NCBI GenBank assembly: GCA_965198115.1
Contig: OZ240241.1
Location: 7,104,001-7,168,000 of the forward strand
Source: Candidatus Latescibacterota bacterium
GTDB taxonomy: Bacteria; Latescibacterota; UBA2968
Direction of reading: 5' to 3'
Length of the DNA: 64,000 nt
Shown here: piece after piece, positions 21,215 to 32,384 of the stretch
Layout: each line of letters opens with the position of its first letter
Numbering within the stretch: the first letter of the stretch is position 1
Translations under genes and position numbers: made by a program
Notes under the pieces: generated by a model
What the model was told of the DNA's origin: nothing
The model's database searches: none
What the model saw: only the letters and a program-made list of their open reading frames with translations

Positions 21215-22318
21215 ATGAGTCAGTTACAGATTCGCAACGTCATACCGGTTACGATCCGGGCGACCCGAGGATACGAGGAATGGGTGTTGGTCAGGGTGCA
21301 GACCGACGGGGGTATCGAGGGTGTAGGGGAGGGATTCACCTGGAGGGGCGAGGCGAGCGCCGTCCGCAGCCACATCGTAGCGCTTGGCGAGGAGCTGATC
21401 GGCGGGGATCCGCTGGCGATCGAGCCGTTCGTCGGACGCTTCCTCCCGCTTGCCGATGGCCGTGCCGAGTGTGCGGCTGTGTCGGTACTGGAGGTCGCGC
21501 TCTGGGACATCCTCGGACAGGTTGCCGAGCTGCCGGTGCACGCCCTGCTCGGCGGACAGCGGCGACAAGCCATCCCCCTCTACGCGAACCACGGACTCTT
21601 TTATGGATCCGCTGACTGGGACGAGAGGATCGAGCGAATCGTCGCGGCAAAAGAAGCGGGTTTCGAGATGTTCAAGTGGGACCCGTTCAAGGGTAGAGGC
21701 ACGCCCGAACCGCAGGAGTTGGCGCGCCAGATCGCCAGCGTGGAGCAGGTGCGTCGCGCCGTCGGCGACGGTTACCAGATTGCCATCGATGCGCACAACC
21801 GGTTCAGTCTCGAGGGCGCTTTGATGGCCGCAAAGGCCCTGGAGCCTCTGGACATCCTCTTCTTCGAGGCTCCGACTGAAGACGATCCCGATTCGTTGAG
21901 GCGAATCGCCGATGCGACATCCATTCCGCTGGCCACCGGCGAGCTCACGTGTTCCCGGTCTGAAGCGAAGGCGCTGCTCGACAGCGGCGTCCTGACCTAT
22001 TTCCAGCCCGAGGTCGGCACCAACGGGGGCATCCTCGAAAGCTGCAAGACCGCCGCCCTGGCGCAGGTCTACAGCGTCGACATCGCCACGCACAACTGGT
22101 GTGGCCCCGTCGTAACGAGGGCCGCATCGCACGTCTGCGCGACCATACCAAATTTGCTCTATCAGGAGTACGCCGGCGGCGCTCCCGAAAGCGAATGGGA
22201 GAACGATCTGCTCGATCCACCCAGCCGCATCGAAAACGGCCACCTCATCCTACCCGATGGTCCCGGCCTGGGTTTCCGCCTGAACGAGGATCTTGTTACC
22301 GCCAGGTCCGTCGATTAA
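21215..22318 (+). CDS. Mandelate racemase/muconate lactonizing enzyme family (acid-sugar dehydratase-like)
   Basis: EVALWDILG, LLGG, FKWD, IAIDAH, FFEAP, LATGE, QPE. Confidence 0.9.
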   Translation: MSQLQIRNVIPVTIRATRGYEEWVLVRVQTDGGIEGVGEGFTWRGEASAVRSHIVALGEELIGGDPLAIEPFVGRFLPLADGRAECAAVSVLEVALWDILGQVAELPVHALLGGQRRQAIPLYANHGLFYGSADWDERIERIVAAKEAGFEMFKWDPFKGRGTPEPQELARQIASVEQVRRAVGDGYQIAIDAHNRFSLEGALMAAKALEPLDILFFEAPTEDDPDSLRRIADATSIPLATGELTCSRSEAKALLDSGVLTYFQPEVGTNGGILESCKTAALAQVYSVDIATHNWCGPVVTRAASHVCATIPNLLYQEYAGGAPESEWENDLLDPPSRIENGHLILPDGPGLGFRLNEDLVTARSVD

Positions 22319-22611
22319 CTACTGATGCTCCATTCTACGCACATCGCGTAGCTCGTGCACTTCTGCCAGGTGAGTTGTGGCGAGGCGGAAGGACTGGTCA
22401 GCGGAGAGGATTGGTGTGGCGACGCGCCGCCACACTCGCAATCCTGGTGTCAGCGGAAAAGACGTGCCCGTAAGGATCAGTCTGGAATGATGGGTGAGAA
22501 ACGCGCCGTCACACTGAGCGGAGTCGAAGTGTCGGCCCTCGCAAAACCACAATGTTAGGCTTGAATGAAGCGCAGGGGCTTTGAATACAGGTAGGGCAGG
22601 ATCAGGAGACT

Positions 22612-22654
22612 GGTTTCCGGTTCTCGGATCCCGGTTCCCGGTTCCCGGTTCCCG
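22612..22654. repeat. Intergenic heptamer tandem repeat (GGTTCCC, about 6 imperfect units)
   Basis: ggtttcc ggttctc ggatccc ggttccc ggttccc ggttccc directly downstream of the desaturase gene. Confidence 0.75.
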
Positions 22655-22664
22655 ACAGTAGGAA

Positions 22665-23716
22665 TCAAACGCTTGCCGGTGCCTCCCCAGCTCCCTTCGG
22701 CAACCGCCTCTTCACCCGCATCCGTTCGTACGACTCCGGCGTGCCGTCGTGCAGGGTGCCGAACCAGCGGTCCAGCGGTACCGTGACGGTGCCGTAGTTG
22801 CACTCGAAGTAGCGGTGGTGCAGATAGTGGAAGAAGGTGTCGATGCTGATGCCCTCGCTCTCGTCTTTGAGGACGAGCCGGTCGAACCCGGTGTGGCCGA
22901 GGGCCGGGTTGAGGGCGGGGCGCTGCATCACGTAGAACATGTGGATCGGATGCGACGGCACGACGAAGAAGATGATCCAGCGCGTGAAGTAGACCAGGTG
23001 TTCGATCGGGTGCATCGACAGGCCCGACCACGGCCCCACGTTGGTGTTGCGGTGGTGCAGATAGTGGGCGTTGTCGTAGAACCACTTCCAGTGAGACATG
23101 CGGTGGACGACGTAGAAATGCAGGTCCTGCCAGAAGGGCAGGATGAAGGCAAGCACCACGAACCAGACGGGATTGTCCGCGAAGGTCATGAGGGGCGCCC
23201 AGCCGTTGCCATAGGCCCACAGCATAAAGACCTCGTAGAGGGTCCAGATCGTGCCGCCGCTGACCATGGTCCAGAACACGTTGTCCTTGACCTGGTCTTT
23301 GAACAGGAAAGCCTGGCTGTCTGTGCTCGGCCAGCGGGAGTTGTACTTGAAGCGAGTCCCCTGCACGCGGCGCCAGTAGAGGATGCCGTGCAAAGTCGTG
23401 CCGACGATCGCCAGCATCACGTAGTTGCGCACGAACATCGGCCAGATCCATTCGGCGCGAAGCTGACTGAAGGTTGTCGGGTCGTGGGCGCCCGGCTGAA
23501 GGTAGTTCCAGGTCAGGTAGCCCAGCCCGTAGTACAGCGCAGCGCCGAAAGGCCAGAGAAAGCCTGGGAACCCGAGAACCGGGCCAGCTTGCGGAGATCG
23601 ATCGGCCACGCGAAGGGCATGGCCTTGCCCAGGATGCGTGGCGTCCACTCGCCTTTGGCATCGCGGGTCTCGGTGCCGTCGTCGAGGGCTGTGGGTGCTA
23701 ATTCGTCGTTCGCCAT
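22665..23716 (-). CDS. Sterol desaturase / fatty acid hydroxylase family protein (one frameshift near 23580)
   Basis: His boxes HFYVVHRMSH, HYLHHRN, HPIEH, GHTG, FHYLHHRY; N-terminus MANDEL... lies in ORF 23513-23716. Confidence 0.85.
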
Positions 23717-24026
23717 AATCTTTATGGATTCCAGTGACGTGTTCTCGAGAAGGTGGAGGGCCGAACACAGTCAGCCCGCAATCCACACGGACTCCAGTAT
23801 TAGATACGCTAAAGAGAGTTGGGAGTGCAGTCAAGGGTTTTACCGCCCCGGCACGAGCCCCTGACCGCGTAGCCTCGCACCGAGGAAGCTAAAAAGCCCC
23901 TCTACACGGCGATCTCATTCCTTCTGAACGAGCTCCGAAGCACGGCGCATTCTCGAAGCCCCGTACCTGTGGAATCGCGAAGAAACTTACTCAGAACAGT
24001 GACCTCCCCTGCCCCCCTGCCGTTTG

Positions 24027-24413
24027 TCATACCGCCTTGCTCTCCAGCCACTCCTTCGTCACTTCAATCCCGAACCCCGGCGCATCGCTCGGTGTCACGT
24101 AGCCATCTTTAATCACCGGTGTGCCCGGAAGAATGACCATTTCCTCGAGTGGAACTCCTGGTGGCGACACACCTTCCGAACGTTCCCCCCACTGGATCGC
24201 CGGCATCGCACAGGACAGATGTTGGCCATACGGATAGTTCATGCCACCGTGAGCGATCACGGTCAGGCCGTGCGCCTCCGCGATGTGGCAGATTCGGACT
24301 AGCGCGGTAATGCCACCCGCCCACGCAACATCGGGCTGCAGGATATCGACCAGGCCCTGTCCGGCCGCCAGCGCAAAGGGATGGATCGTATACCAGTGTT
24401 CCCCGGTTGCCAC
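24027..24413 (-). pseudogene. C-terminal fragment of an enolase-superfamily dehydratase (L-rhamnonate dehydratase-like)
   Basis: ATGEHWYT, DILQPDVAWAGGIT, PSDAPGFGIE; N-terminal two-thirds absent. Confidence 0.75.
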
Positions 24414-24563
24414 ACATTCAAGAGTTTAGTTCGCGAAATGGGTTTAGGGGAATGCTTCTGGTGACTGGATACGGGGATGGAATTTCCCCTTCCGCCTGAG
24501 CCCATCCACCACAACCCACCCCTTGAATGATCGCGGCTGTGGTCCCGAGCTAATGGAATTTTT

Positions 24564-24585
24564 CGGGGAGTGGCTCAGCCCGGTA
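24564..24585 (+). other. 5' fragment of a tRNA (Pro-like), probable integration scar
   Basis: CGGGGAGTGGCTCAGCCCGGTA matches an acceptor 5' strand plus D-arm start; no anticodon or T arm follows. Confidence 0.55.
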
Positions 24586-24697
24586 TAAACCAAGCAACTC
24601 CTCACATCCCGTCACAACACCTCCCACGATGGCTACCAATAAGCTACCAGACACAAAAAAGCCTACGTCGGACATGACGTAAACCTTTGTTTTTTAA

Positions 24698-24747
24698 TGG
24701 TGGGCGATACCGGATTCGAACCAGTGACTTCCTGCTTGTAAGGCAGG
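24698..24747 (-). other. 3' half of tRNA-Val(TAC), att-site core of an integrative element
   Basis: Minus strand CCTGC-CTTACAA-GCAGG anticodon arm, GGTTCGAATCC T-loop, ends CCA; 5' half missing. Confidence 0.85.
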
Positions 24748-24865
24748 AATTCATAATAGTATTTACAATGAGTTATATAAACGTAACGTCGTATGTAACC
24801 CCATTCGGAGCCAGATCTAACCGGATCACAGCGCTCCACCACGACTTTGCTGGCTGGTCTCAGCC

Positions 24866-25069
24866 TCAGACTGATCTTGGTCTACCCGCCCTCTTCATTC
24901 TTGGATTCGGTTGCCGGTCCTGAAATCGGTCATTCACAACAACGATGTTCTGGTTGCCAATGCGCTCCGCATCGATCTTGCCATTTCTGATCGCATAGTT
25001 CATCGCCTGCCTTGAGCACCCCTTTCGGGCAGCTGCTTCTGTGGCACCTATCCGCTCGAGTCTCGCCAT
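24866..25069 (-). CDS. Small HTH DNA-binding protein (excisionase-like)
   Basis: 67 aa, TEAAARKGCSRQAMNYAIRNGKIDAERIG; GGAG SD; next to the att fragment. Confidence 0.65.
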   Translation of the reverse strand: MARLERIGATEAAARKGCSRQAMNYAIRNGKIDAERIGNQNIVVVNDRFQDRQPNPRMKRAGRPRSV

Positions 25070-25107
25070 AGCTCCAATATAGTAGTTTTCCGTCCGGAAA
25101 ATCCATC

Positions 25108-25257
25108 GCTGGAGCGGTTCAAGGGGTATATCGGGTCCCGCCTGGAGCGATTCGACCTGCCCTGCACGGTGCTGTATCGGGAGCTGGTGGCGCTGGGGTA
25201 TGAGGGGGTCTGACGATCCTTCGGGATTACGTGCGTCCCCTAAGCGGGAGCTGACCC
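25108..25257 (+). repeat. Diverged inverted copy of an internal istA segment (26166-26317)
   Basis: Near-identical reverse complement with scattered substitutions and 1-nt deletions. Confidence 0.85.
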
Positions 25258-25292
25258 TGAGAGTGAGCGACCTCGGGGGACAACGGGGGCAG

Positions 25293-26420
25293 CTACACGA
25301 ACTGTGGCGCTTTCCGCGGGGTTGCCTGTGGACGACCGCGAGTCAGTTTGCAGATGGCATCGAGGTGTTCGGGCAACGTGACATCGCGGCTGCCCCGAGG
25401 AGCTCGCGTGTGCGTCGCCACGAGCCGATCGCCGTGGTGGACGGTCAGCGCCGCCCCCGCGCTCTCGCCCTCCGGACGAACTTCGACGGTTCGTCCCACC
25501 GCGATCGGGTGCACGCTGTAGCGCACGCTGCCAAAGCTGATGTGGCTGTCAGAGGCCACAACACGCAGCTCCACCGGGCGCGTATCGTAGGCCGGCACGC
25601 TCGCAAACGGACAGTGCCGGGGCTTCCTCGGCATAGCGGTCGATCGGACGGGCGCCGGTCGTGCCGTGGATGCGCACGTTGGCGACCGTATCGACCCAGG
25701 CATCGACCTGGTGGTTCAGGTCAGAAAGATCCGTGAACGACCGACCCTCCAGGAAGCTCTTCTTCACGTAACCCACACCTCGCTCCACCTTGCCTTTGGC
25801 CCGGGGCCAGTAGGGCGGACACGCTGCCGGGAGGAATTCGTGGTGCTCTGTGAAGTCCAGGAAGGATCGGTTCCATCGCACCGTGCCGGTGGTCACGTCG
25901 TGCTGATCCACGGCCTGCCGCATGTTGTCCACCAGGATCTCCCGGGGGATGCCGATCCGGCCGAAGGCCTCCTGCAGACACGACATCAGCACGGGCAGCT
26001 TCGAAGAGGTCGTGAAACGAACGAACAGCATCCGGCTGCAGCCCAGCACCATCACGAAGACGTAGAGCTTCCGGCGCTCCCCGTCCACGACCACCGTTCC
26101 GCACTCCCCCCAGTCGATCTGAGCTTGTCGTCCCGGGTCGGTCTCAAACCGTTCGCAGACCCGCCGGGTGAGCTCTCGCTTGAGGGGACGCACGTAATCC
26201 CGAAGGATCGTCAGACCCCCCTCATATCCGAGCGCTACCAGCTCCCGATACAGCACCGTGCAGGGCAGGTCGAACCGCTCCAGGCGGGACCCGATATACC
26301 TCTTGAACCGCTCCAGCTTCGACACCCGTTTTTTCCGAAGCTTCGGAAACGGTTCCTCTCTCTCCAGGTGGTTGTACACGGTCCCCCGGGATACCCCCAA
26401 CTGTCGTGCAATCCGAGCCT
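25293..26420 (-). pseudogene. istA: IS21-family transposase IstA, truncated and frameshifted
   Basis: IARQLGVSRGTV, RFETDPGRQAQIDWG, ILVDNM, AKGKVER, ANVRIHGTTG; Mu-C-terminal-like YSVH piece in ORF 25293-25703; no istB. Confidence 0.88.
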
Positions 26421-26890
26421 TGGGAAAACAGGGACCTATCCCACCGGATGGACCAGTCCCGTCATAGCCGCCCTCAAGAAAGCCGGGATTCCGTGCCGGG
26501 TAATCGACTTGCGGAAGAATGACAAGAAGTCCTACCGGCTGGGGAAGACCACTATGCACCTGAGGGACTACCAGGAGGAGGGATCGGAGGCTGCTCTGGT
26601 CAAGAGCCGGGGCATCATCGCCCACGCCACAGGATCAGGGAAGACGGTGACGGCTGCCGTCGCGATCCAGAAGATCGGCCGGAAGACGATTTACTTTGTG
26701 CCCAACCGCACTCTCTTGGAACAGACGGCCCAGGACCTGGCTGAGGTCATCCCTGCCGAGTGCATCGGGAAGTGTGGAGGGAAGCACTGGGAGCCTTTCA
26801 AGCCTGTCGTGGTCTGCACAGCGCAGATGATCTGGGCGAGGAAGGATACACCAGAAGTTCGGAAACTGCTCTCGGAAGCCGGGTGCATCC
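26420..26890 (+). pseudogene. Fragment of a superfamily 2 (UvsW/XPB-like) helicase
   Basis: LRDYQEE, ATGSGKT, VPNRTLLEQT, VVCTAQ; breaks off before the DExH motif. Confidence 0.75.
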
Positions 26891-27095
26891 GACCCTCTGG
26901 ACGGTCAGTTTGTTCTCGGCCGCTCGATGTTTTACGCTCGGGTGGTAGCTTACGATCAGACAGCTGACCCACTCGCGGTCGAGGCCTTCTCCAACTGCTC
27001 CTTCTTCCTCGACACGAACTTAATAGCCCCCGTGGCGTCGTCGGGCTGCTCTTGTCGAAGGCCACGTTCGCGGCGTGTCGGTTCTCCGCGCTCCT

Positions 27096-28094
27096 TCAGA
27101 AGCTGAACAGCCCCGCGTCCGACTCCGTGACCTGAATGCCACATGCCGCCCCGGCGAGGGTCGACGTGAACCCGGATGGGCTGATCCCCGCCTCTATGTC
27201 CAGATCCATCCGGCAGGACCCGCTCCGACCGTCGTCCGTGGCCCAGCGAACCGTACCGTCCACGGTGCCGCTCACCTCCAGCCCAAAGTCGTCCGTGATG
27301 GACAGCTCCACACCCATTTCCAGGTCGGGCGCGCCGTCCAGGGTGAACGCGATTCCGGTCCCCTCGTGCCTGATCACGCAGTCCGAGTGCACCAGGGTCA
27401 TCGACAGGGACACGGCAACGTCTTCGCTGTCCGGATCTCCCATGAACTCGGACCGTCCGTTAACGGCCACCGTTCCACCCATCGGGCAGCGCGTCGTAAG
27501 CTGTACGGTAGAGCTCCCATCGGTCAGGGTCTTGCTCTCAATCCCTTTCTCCGTGACTTCGAGGCCTTGGCTCATCGACACCTCGACAAGTGCGAGGACC
27601 TCTTCCTGGGTCAGTGAATCTTCGGGCGCCCCGGACAGAAGCGATGAACCCGTCACGCGCGCCTTCCCTCCAACGGCCAGATCGAGCAGCACCTCATACC
27701 CACCGTTGATCGGGATGCTCGACCACCTCCCCAGCAGGTTTCCGTCCTGCCACGCACGCGCCTGGTAGTAACCGGTCGCATTTTCACCAAGCGCCACCCG
27801 CGCCCGGCCCACCTCATCCGTCGTGCCCGACCACGCATACTGGGCCGACCGCCCGGAGATAGATCGTGAGAACTCCACAGCCGCACCGGGCACAGGCATC
27901 CCATCTTCGCGCACCGTCACCACCACCACGGCCTGCGTCACGCCCCTGTCGACAGCCGCCTTGCTCAAGGACCGCCTAACCTGCTCGCCGGCCCCCTGAC
28001 CCCCCTCTGACACCGTCACACGCTCGCTGCCACAACTCCATAACACCCCGCCGGCAAGCACCACCACAATCACACGACGAAAACTTCTCGACAT
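27096..28094 (-). CDS. Hypothetical secreted lipoprotein with Ig-like N-terminal region
   Basis: Signal MSRSFRRVIVVVLAGGVLWS-C lipobox-like; AAGGAGG SD; PVPGAAVEF...TTDEVGRA. Confidence 0.7.
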   Translation of the reverse strand: MSRSFRRVIVVVLAGGVLWSCGSERVTVSEGGQGAGEQVRRSLSKAAVDRGVTQAVVVVTVREDGMPVPGAAVEFSRSISGRSAQYAWSGTTDEVGRARVALGENATGYYQARAWQDGNLLGRWSSIPINGGYEVLLDLAVGGKARVTGSSLLSGAPEDSLTQEEVLALVEVSMSQGLEVTEKGIESKTLTDGSSTVQLTTRCPMGGTVAVNGRSEFMGDPDSEDVAVSLSMTLVHSDCVIRHEGTGIAFTLDGAPDLEMGVELSITDDFGLEVSGTVDGTVRWATDDGRSGSCRMDLDIEAGISPSGFTSTLAGAACGIQVTESDAGLFSF

Positions 28095-28354
28095 AACGAC
28101 CTCCTTACGTTTCCCGAGGACCTGCGGCTCGGTGGCCCCCAAGGGGAAGCCTTTGACGACCTGACAGAGCGTGCACCTGTAGCGCCGAACCAGCTACCTC
28201 CACCCGTCAGTCACCTGGATCGACAGCCTCGGATCGCCCAAGCCTCGGCATCAAGGGTAGGTCCACAGGCTCAACCCGCCTTGCAATTTATGGCCCGCCA
28301 AGAACCGGACAAGCCAGGTAGTGTCCTAATTTGAACGTGATGAAGTAGAATATC

Positions 28355-28735
28355 TCAGGGGGGATGGGTTCGCTCAACGTCGCGCACACGGGGAACGGCC
28401 ACCGGCAGCTTCTGGTCCATCAGATACACGGACCCTTTCTGGCTTCCCCATCGACGATGCGGCTGCTCTGAACCCTTACGCGCATACCGAACGCCTGCGA
28501 GCTGCTCCACCTCCTGCTGGAGCACGTCGGCAACGGCCTCCAGACCCAGCGGAATCAGCGCCCGGATCACCGATAAACGCGTCTCCAAATCCATAACGTC
28601 TGACCCAACCTTGACTTCGCCATCCCCTGCAAATAGCTTCTCCATCGTGGGCTCCTTTCTTACGGGTACACGCTCTCATACGCGTACCCACAACGTAAGT
28701 TTGGAGCCCTTTAAGTTTCAACTACGATAGGCACC
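28355..28735 (-). mobile_element. IS256-family fragment (left end plus first ~95 codons), abutting the divIVA stop
   Basis: LQQEVEQLAGVRY, RWGSQKGSVYL..QKLPV.VPRVRD; terminal sequence shared with the MITE at 40617-40725. Confidence 0.75.
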
Positions 28736-29209
28736 TCAACCTTCATCCACAACGGGTGCGTCTATAAAGGAAAGTTCGGACAGATAGTCGGATTGGGATT
28801 TGATCAAAGCCTGTAGTCGGGAGACGAAGTGGTCTCTCTGATTCTTCAGATCGACGATCTCATTCCGAATGCTCTGGACCTGCTGTCGAGCCTTTTCAAT
28901 CGCCCGGTTGCCTCGAATCTCGGCCTCCTTGACGATCAATCGACCCTCTTTTTTCGAATTGTCGTGGACATCGTCAGCAGCCTTCTGGGCAGTCCTCAGC
29001 GTTTTCTGAAGCGTTTTCTCCAGTTCCCGGTATCGTTCGACGGTCGTCTGGAGCGTTCGGTGCCGTTCGGTCAGCTGGATGTTCTCGCTGCTCAGCCGCT
29101 CGAATTCCTCGGCGATCATTTCCAAAAAGGCCTGGACCTCTTCGGCGTCGATCCCACGAAACTGCTTTTTGAAAGTCTGTTTGCGTATGTCCAGCGGCGT
29201 GATCTTCAC
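28736..29209 (-). CDS. divIVA: DivIVA-domain protein
   Basis: ITPLDIRKQTFKKQFRGIDAEEVQAFL followed by coiled coil; yggS-yggT context. Confidence 0.9.
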   Translation of the reverse strand: MKITPLDIRKQTFKKQFRGIDAEEVQAFLEMIAEEFERLSSENIQLTERHRTLQTTVERYRELEKTLQKTLRTAQKAADDVHDNSKKEGRLIVKEAEIRGNRAIEKARQQVQSIRNEIVDLKNQRDHFVSRLQALIKSQSDYLSELSFIDAPVVDEG

Positions 29210-29276
29210 GACGGAAGTCCTCGCGGTGCGTGCACCCGAAGGGGAATCCGGAGCATCGGTGTGAAGGGGGTCGATT

Positions 29277-29869
29277 TCATTGAAGCAGCAGGCTGCGAAT
29301 GGCGCTCTTGACGAATGACATCAGAAATATCAAAAGAATGGGTGACAGATCGAACATACCGAGCGGGGGAATGATCTGTCTAAAGGGGCCCATGATTGGC
29401 TCGGTCAAACTGTAGATCGCCCACACGACACGATTGTCACGCATGAACGGGATCCACGAGGCCACGATCCGCACGATGATCAACAACAGCAGAATCGAAA
29501 CGCCTGCGTAGAGTACCCCGCCGAGGATCCAGAGCGGCCGCCCCGATGCGATCCCACGCACCAGGATGAACATCGACTCCAGAAGTTCCTGCACCATCTG
29601 CTGCAGGAAGTAAGCGCCGAGCAACGTCACGAGCACCACGATCAGCGGTGCGATGCTCATGGCGTTCGGCATGGGCAACGACTGCGCCAGCGGCCAGACC
29701 ATCGGATCCGTCACCCGACGAACCTGATAGGTCGCCCAACCGAAGGGGCTGACCTTCAGCAACAGCCACCGCAGCAGCATCAGCACGATGACGGTGACCA
29801 CCAATATCTTGATGATCACGTTGACGCCTGGGCGACCTGCTGCAGGACCGGAACGAGGACGGATTCCAC
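29277..29869 (-). CDS. yggT: YggT-family membrane protein (two YggT repeats; probable frameshift near 29828)
   Basis: RRVTDPMVWPL and IVASWIP...LTEPIMGPFRQIIPPLGMFDLSP. Confidence 0.85.
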
Positions 29870-29875
29870 GACTGG

Positions 29876-30585
29876 CTACGCCGCCCGCTGCCCGAAAATC
29901 GCCGTCCCGATCCTCACGATGGTCGCCCCCTCCTCGATCGCCGCCTCGAAATCGCCCGTCATTCCCATCGATAGCTGGAGCGCACTCGACACCGCATCCC
30001 CCACCAATCGATCTCTCAGATCGCGAAGACACCCGAAGCAGCGACGCGTCTCACCCTCGTCGTCACTCAGCGTCGCGATCGTCATCAACCCGTCTACCCG
30101 AAGACCGTCGATCGCTGCGATCTCCGAAACGGCGTCGGCCGTTTCCTCCGGCGACAACCCGGATTTGGACGCTTCGGCCGACGTGTTGACTTGCACGAGA
30201 ATGGGCAAGTCCCCGTCACGATCTTCGACGTGTCTCGATAGGGCGTAGGCAAGCCGCAGACTGTCGACCGACTGGATCACGTCGAACAACTCGACTGCGA
30301 CCTTCGCCTTGTTCCGCTGCAGATGTCCGACGAGATGCCAGATCACATCGCCTTCAACCGCCGGAATCTTGGCCTGCCCTTCTTGAACCCGATTCTCGCC
30401 AAGAACGGATGCGCCGGCTTCCACCGCCGCCTGAACCACCTCGACCGGCCAGGTTTTACTCACCGCGACGACCGTAATGTCCTCACCCGATCGCCCGGAT
30501 CGCTCCGCCGCTGCAGCAACCCGTTCTTCGAGCCTTGCAGATTGTCGCGAATCGATGTGACGCGTTGTTCGAGGTCGAGGGTCAT
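29876..30585 (-). CDS. yggS: YggS/PLP-homeostasis protein (probable 1-nt deletion near 30539)
   Basis: VAVSKT, LGENRVQE, WHLVGHLQRNK, GLMTI, LSMGMTGDF..AIEEGATIVRIGTAIFG; N-terminus MTLDLEQRVTSIRDNL in an adjacent frame. Confidence 0.92.
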
Positions 30586-30838
30586 AGTAGAGCCTGGATC
30601 GGGCCAAGACTCAATAATATAAGCGCTGCGCTAAATCGGGGCAACCGCAAAGACTGAGGGGAAATGCTCACAACCAGTTGATTTTTAAAAACTTGCATTC
30701 CAGAATCCCTGGTCGAGCGGCCTCCGCGAGTCGTTGCACGACGACCGATGATCCCTTATTCTGAACCCGGAAACCTGGCGGGCAGCTCGTCCCACCCTGC
30801 AAGAGGGAAGAAGGCCACCTACGCAGACGCAAACGGCT

Positions 30839-30866
30839 ATTTAACATAATCTTAGTTTCAGTTCAA
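30839..30866 (-). other. dif-like XerCD site with perfect XerD arm and degenerate XerC arm
   Basis: Minus strand TTGAACTGAAA-CTAAGA-TTATGTTAAAT; the right arm equals the canonical XerD arm TTATGTTAAAT. Confidence 0.6.
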
Positions 30867-31084
30867 CGTCAAGAGTGGCCAGATCGCTTTGTTCGGCCCG
30901 CCAGTTTGGTCATCGCCTTGAGTCGTCATTGTCTGGGTCAGGACTCCATCAGAAGTGGTACACCCGCGCCCGTTTCAAAGCGCATAACTCCAGTGCCCAA
31001 TACAACTTAGGTCCTGCAACTGCGCCGGAAGCGTACCGGAAGGCGTACCGGCTTGACGATCCGATCTGATCGAGGAAAGAAATT

Positions 31085-31231
31085 GTGGCCACAAGACTGA
31101 AAGCAGCCAAGCTCGAGGAACGCCGTGACAGGGTGATGATGCTCTATCTGGGAGGTGCTACCATCCGGCAGATAGTGCGTCAGACGGGTATCTCGCACGG
31201 AACAGTGCAGAGAGACCTCGCGGAGCTTGTC
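31085..31231 (+). pseudogene. N-terminal HTH fragment of a phage-type protein
   Basis: RRDRVMMLYLGGATIRQIVRQTGISHGTVQRDL; collides head-on with the truncated primase. Confidence 0.55.
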
Positions 31232-32382
31232 AACCTCGGGCGGCCATCGGTTTCGGCAAGTAAAGATACTGGGAAATCAGGCCGCTTATTTCGTCAAGTA
31301 AAGATGCGCCGCTCACCGCATCCGGCCACGGCTCGACTGTCGGCCATTCGATCCCCGACCCTTGCAGGTCATCGCCGTCCCGGCCGCCCTGAGGTTTCAA
31401 GGCTTCGTCCAACATCGCCATGTAGACGCCCGCTTCCTTCAGCTTCTTGCGGATCCGCGCATAGCCAGCCAGATCATTCCGTTTCATTTCCACCAGACGC
31501 GCCAGCACGTCTGGTTCGAAAGCCGCGCCAAGATCGGTCTTGGCCTTCTCGATCAGATTGTCAAGTGGGTCCGACTCGGGCTCGCCAAGCTCAATGTAGT
31601 CCGCTTCGATGTAATCCGCAACGTCAATGCCTTTCTTGATGGCGTCGGCAACGTCCCATCCCGTTACTTCATCCTCCTTGTTGCGCTCGGGCTCGGGCTT
31701 GATCATCCGCACGGATGCCGCCCTGGCTTCTGCGATCCCCGCCAGTTTGGGCATCGCCTTGAGTCCCGTTTCGTTATCGTCCGCATCCGGCCACAAGGTT
31801 ACGTGACGGCCTTCGAGGCAATGCCAATTGGTCTTGGCGATGGCTCCCGATCCGCCCATCCAGGAGAGCACGTCCCATCTTTGAGCTTGCCGGCCGCCGC
31901 GTCCGCGCACTTTTCGCCTTCGACGATCAGCACCGGTCGGCCGCCGCCGTTCAGCGTCTCGACGCGATACGGAAAGCGATTCTCGGGGATGCGATGTACC
32001 CACGCCTCGCCGTCGCGCCGGTAGGGATCGGCCTTGCGGTCGGGACACGCAACCGGCTTGCGATAAGTCCGCGCGTACTCGTTCCCGCCGGGGTCGCAAT
32101 AGAAGTAGACGGCCTCGAAGTCCGTCGGAGGCTGACCGGCACCGGAGCACCTTCTCCCTGGCTGGAACCTTTCAGGTCCTTCTCCGCCGGTTTCATGCAG
32201 ACGGCCGCGAGAATCGCTTTGTAATCGCAGCCCGCATGACAATGGACCAGGATCTTCCCGTTGTCACACTCGCGGATAGACAGGGACGGGGTCCTGTCAT
32301 CGTGCGCAGGGCATTGAGCCGTCCATTTACGCTCGCCGACCGAGCGGACGCCTCTTAGCCGATCAAGAATCTGAAGGCTCAT
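31230..32382 (-). pseudogene. Phage-satellite-type primase (Zn-binding + TOPRIM + start of DUF3631-like region), frameshifted and 3'-truncated
   Basis: CPAHDDRTPSLSI...LVHCHAGC; VLIVEGEKCADA; LWPDAD; GWDVADA; VEPWPDAVSGASLLDEI, over three frames. Confidence 0.78.
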
Positions 32383-32384
32383 GA

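Noticed and set aside
15671-23864. Long antisense ORFs (15671-16825, 21224-22243, 22749-23864 and similar)
   Set aside because: They overlap well-supported genes on the opposite strand and lack motifs; expected in GC-rich DNA
24698-24747. Functional tRNA-Val gene
   Set aside because: D-arm and 5' acceptor strand are absent; treated as an att fragment
25666-26967. 433-aa plus-strand ORF as a real gene
   Set aside because: Mostly the antisense shadow of istA running into a helicase fragment
30839-30866. The chromosome's replication-terminus dif
   Set aside because: XerC arm is poor and host genes diverge from rather than converge on this region; cannot be asserted without whole-genome skew
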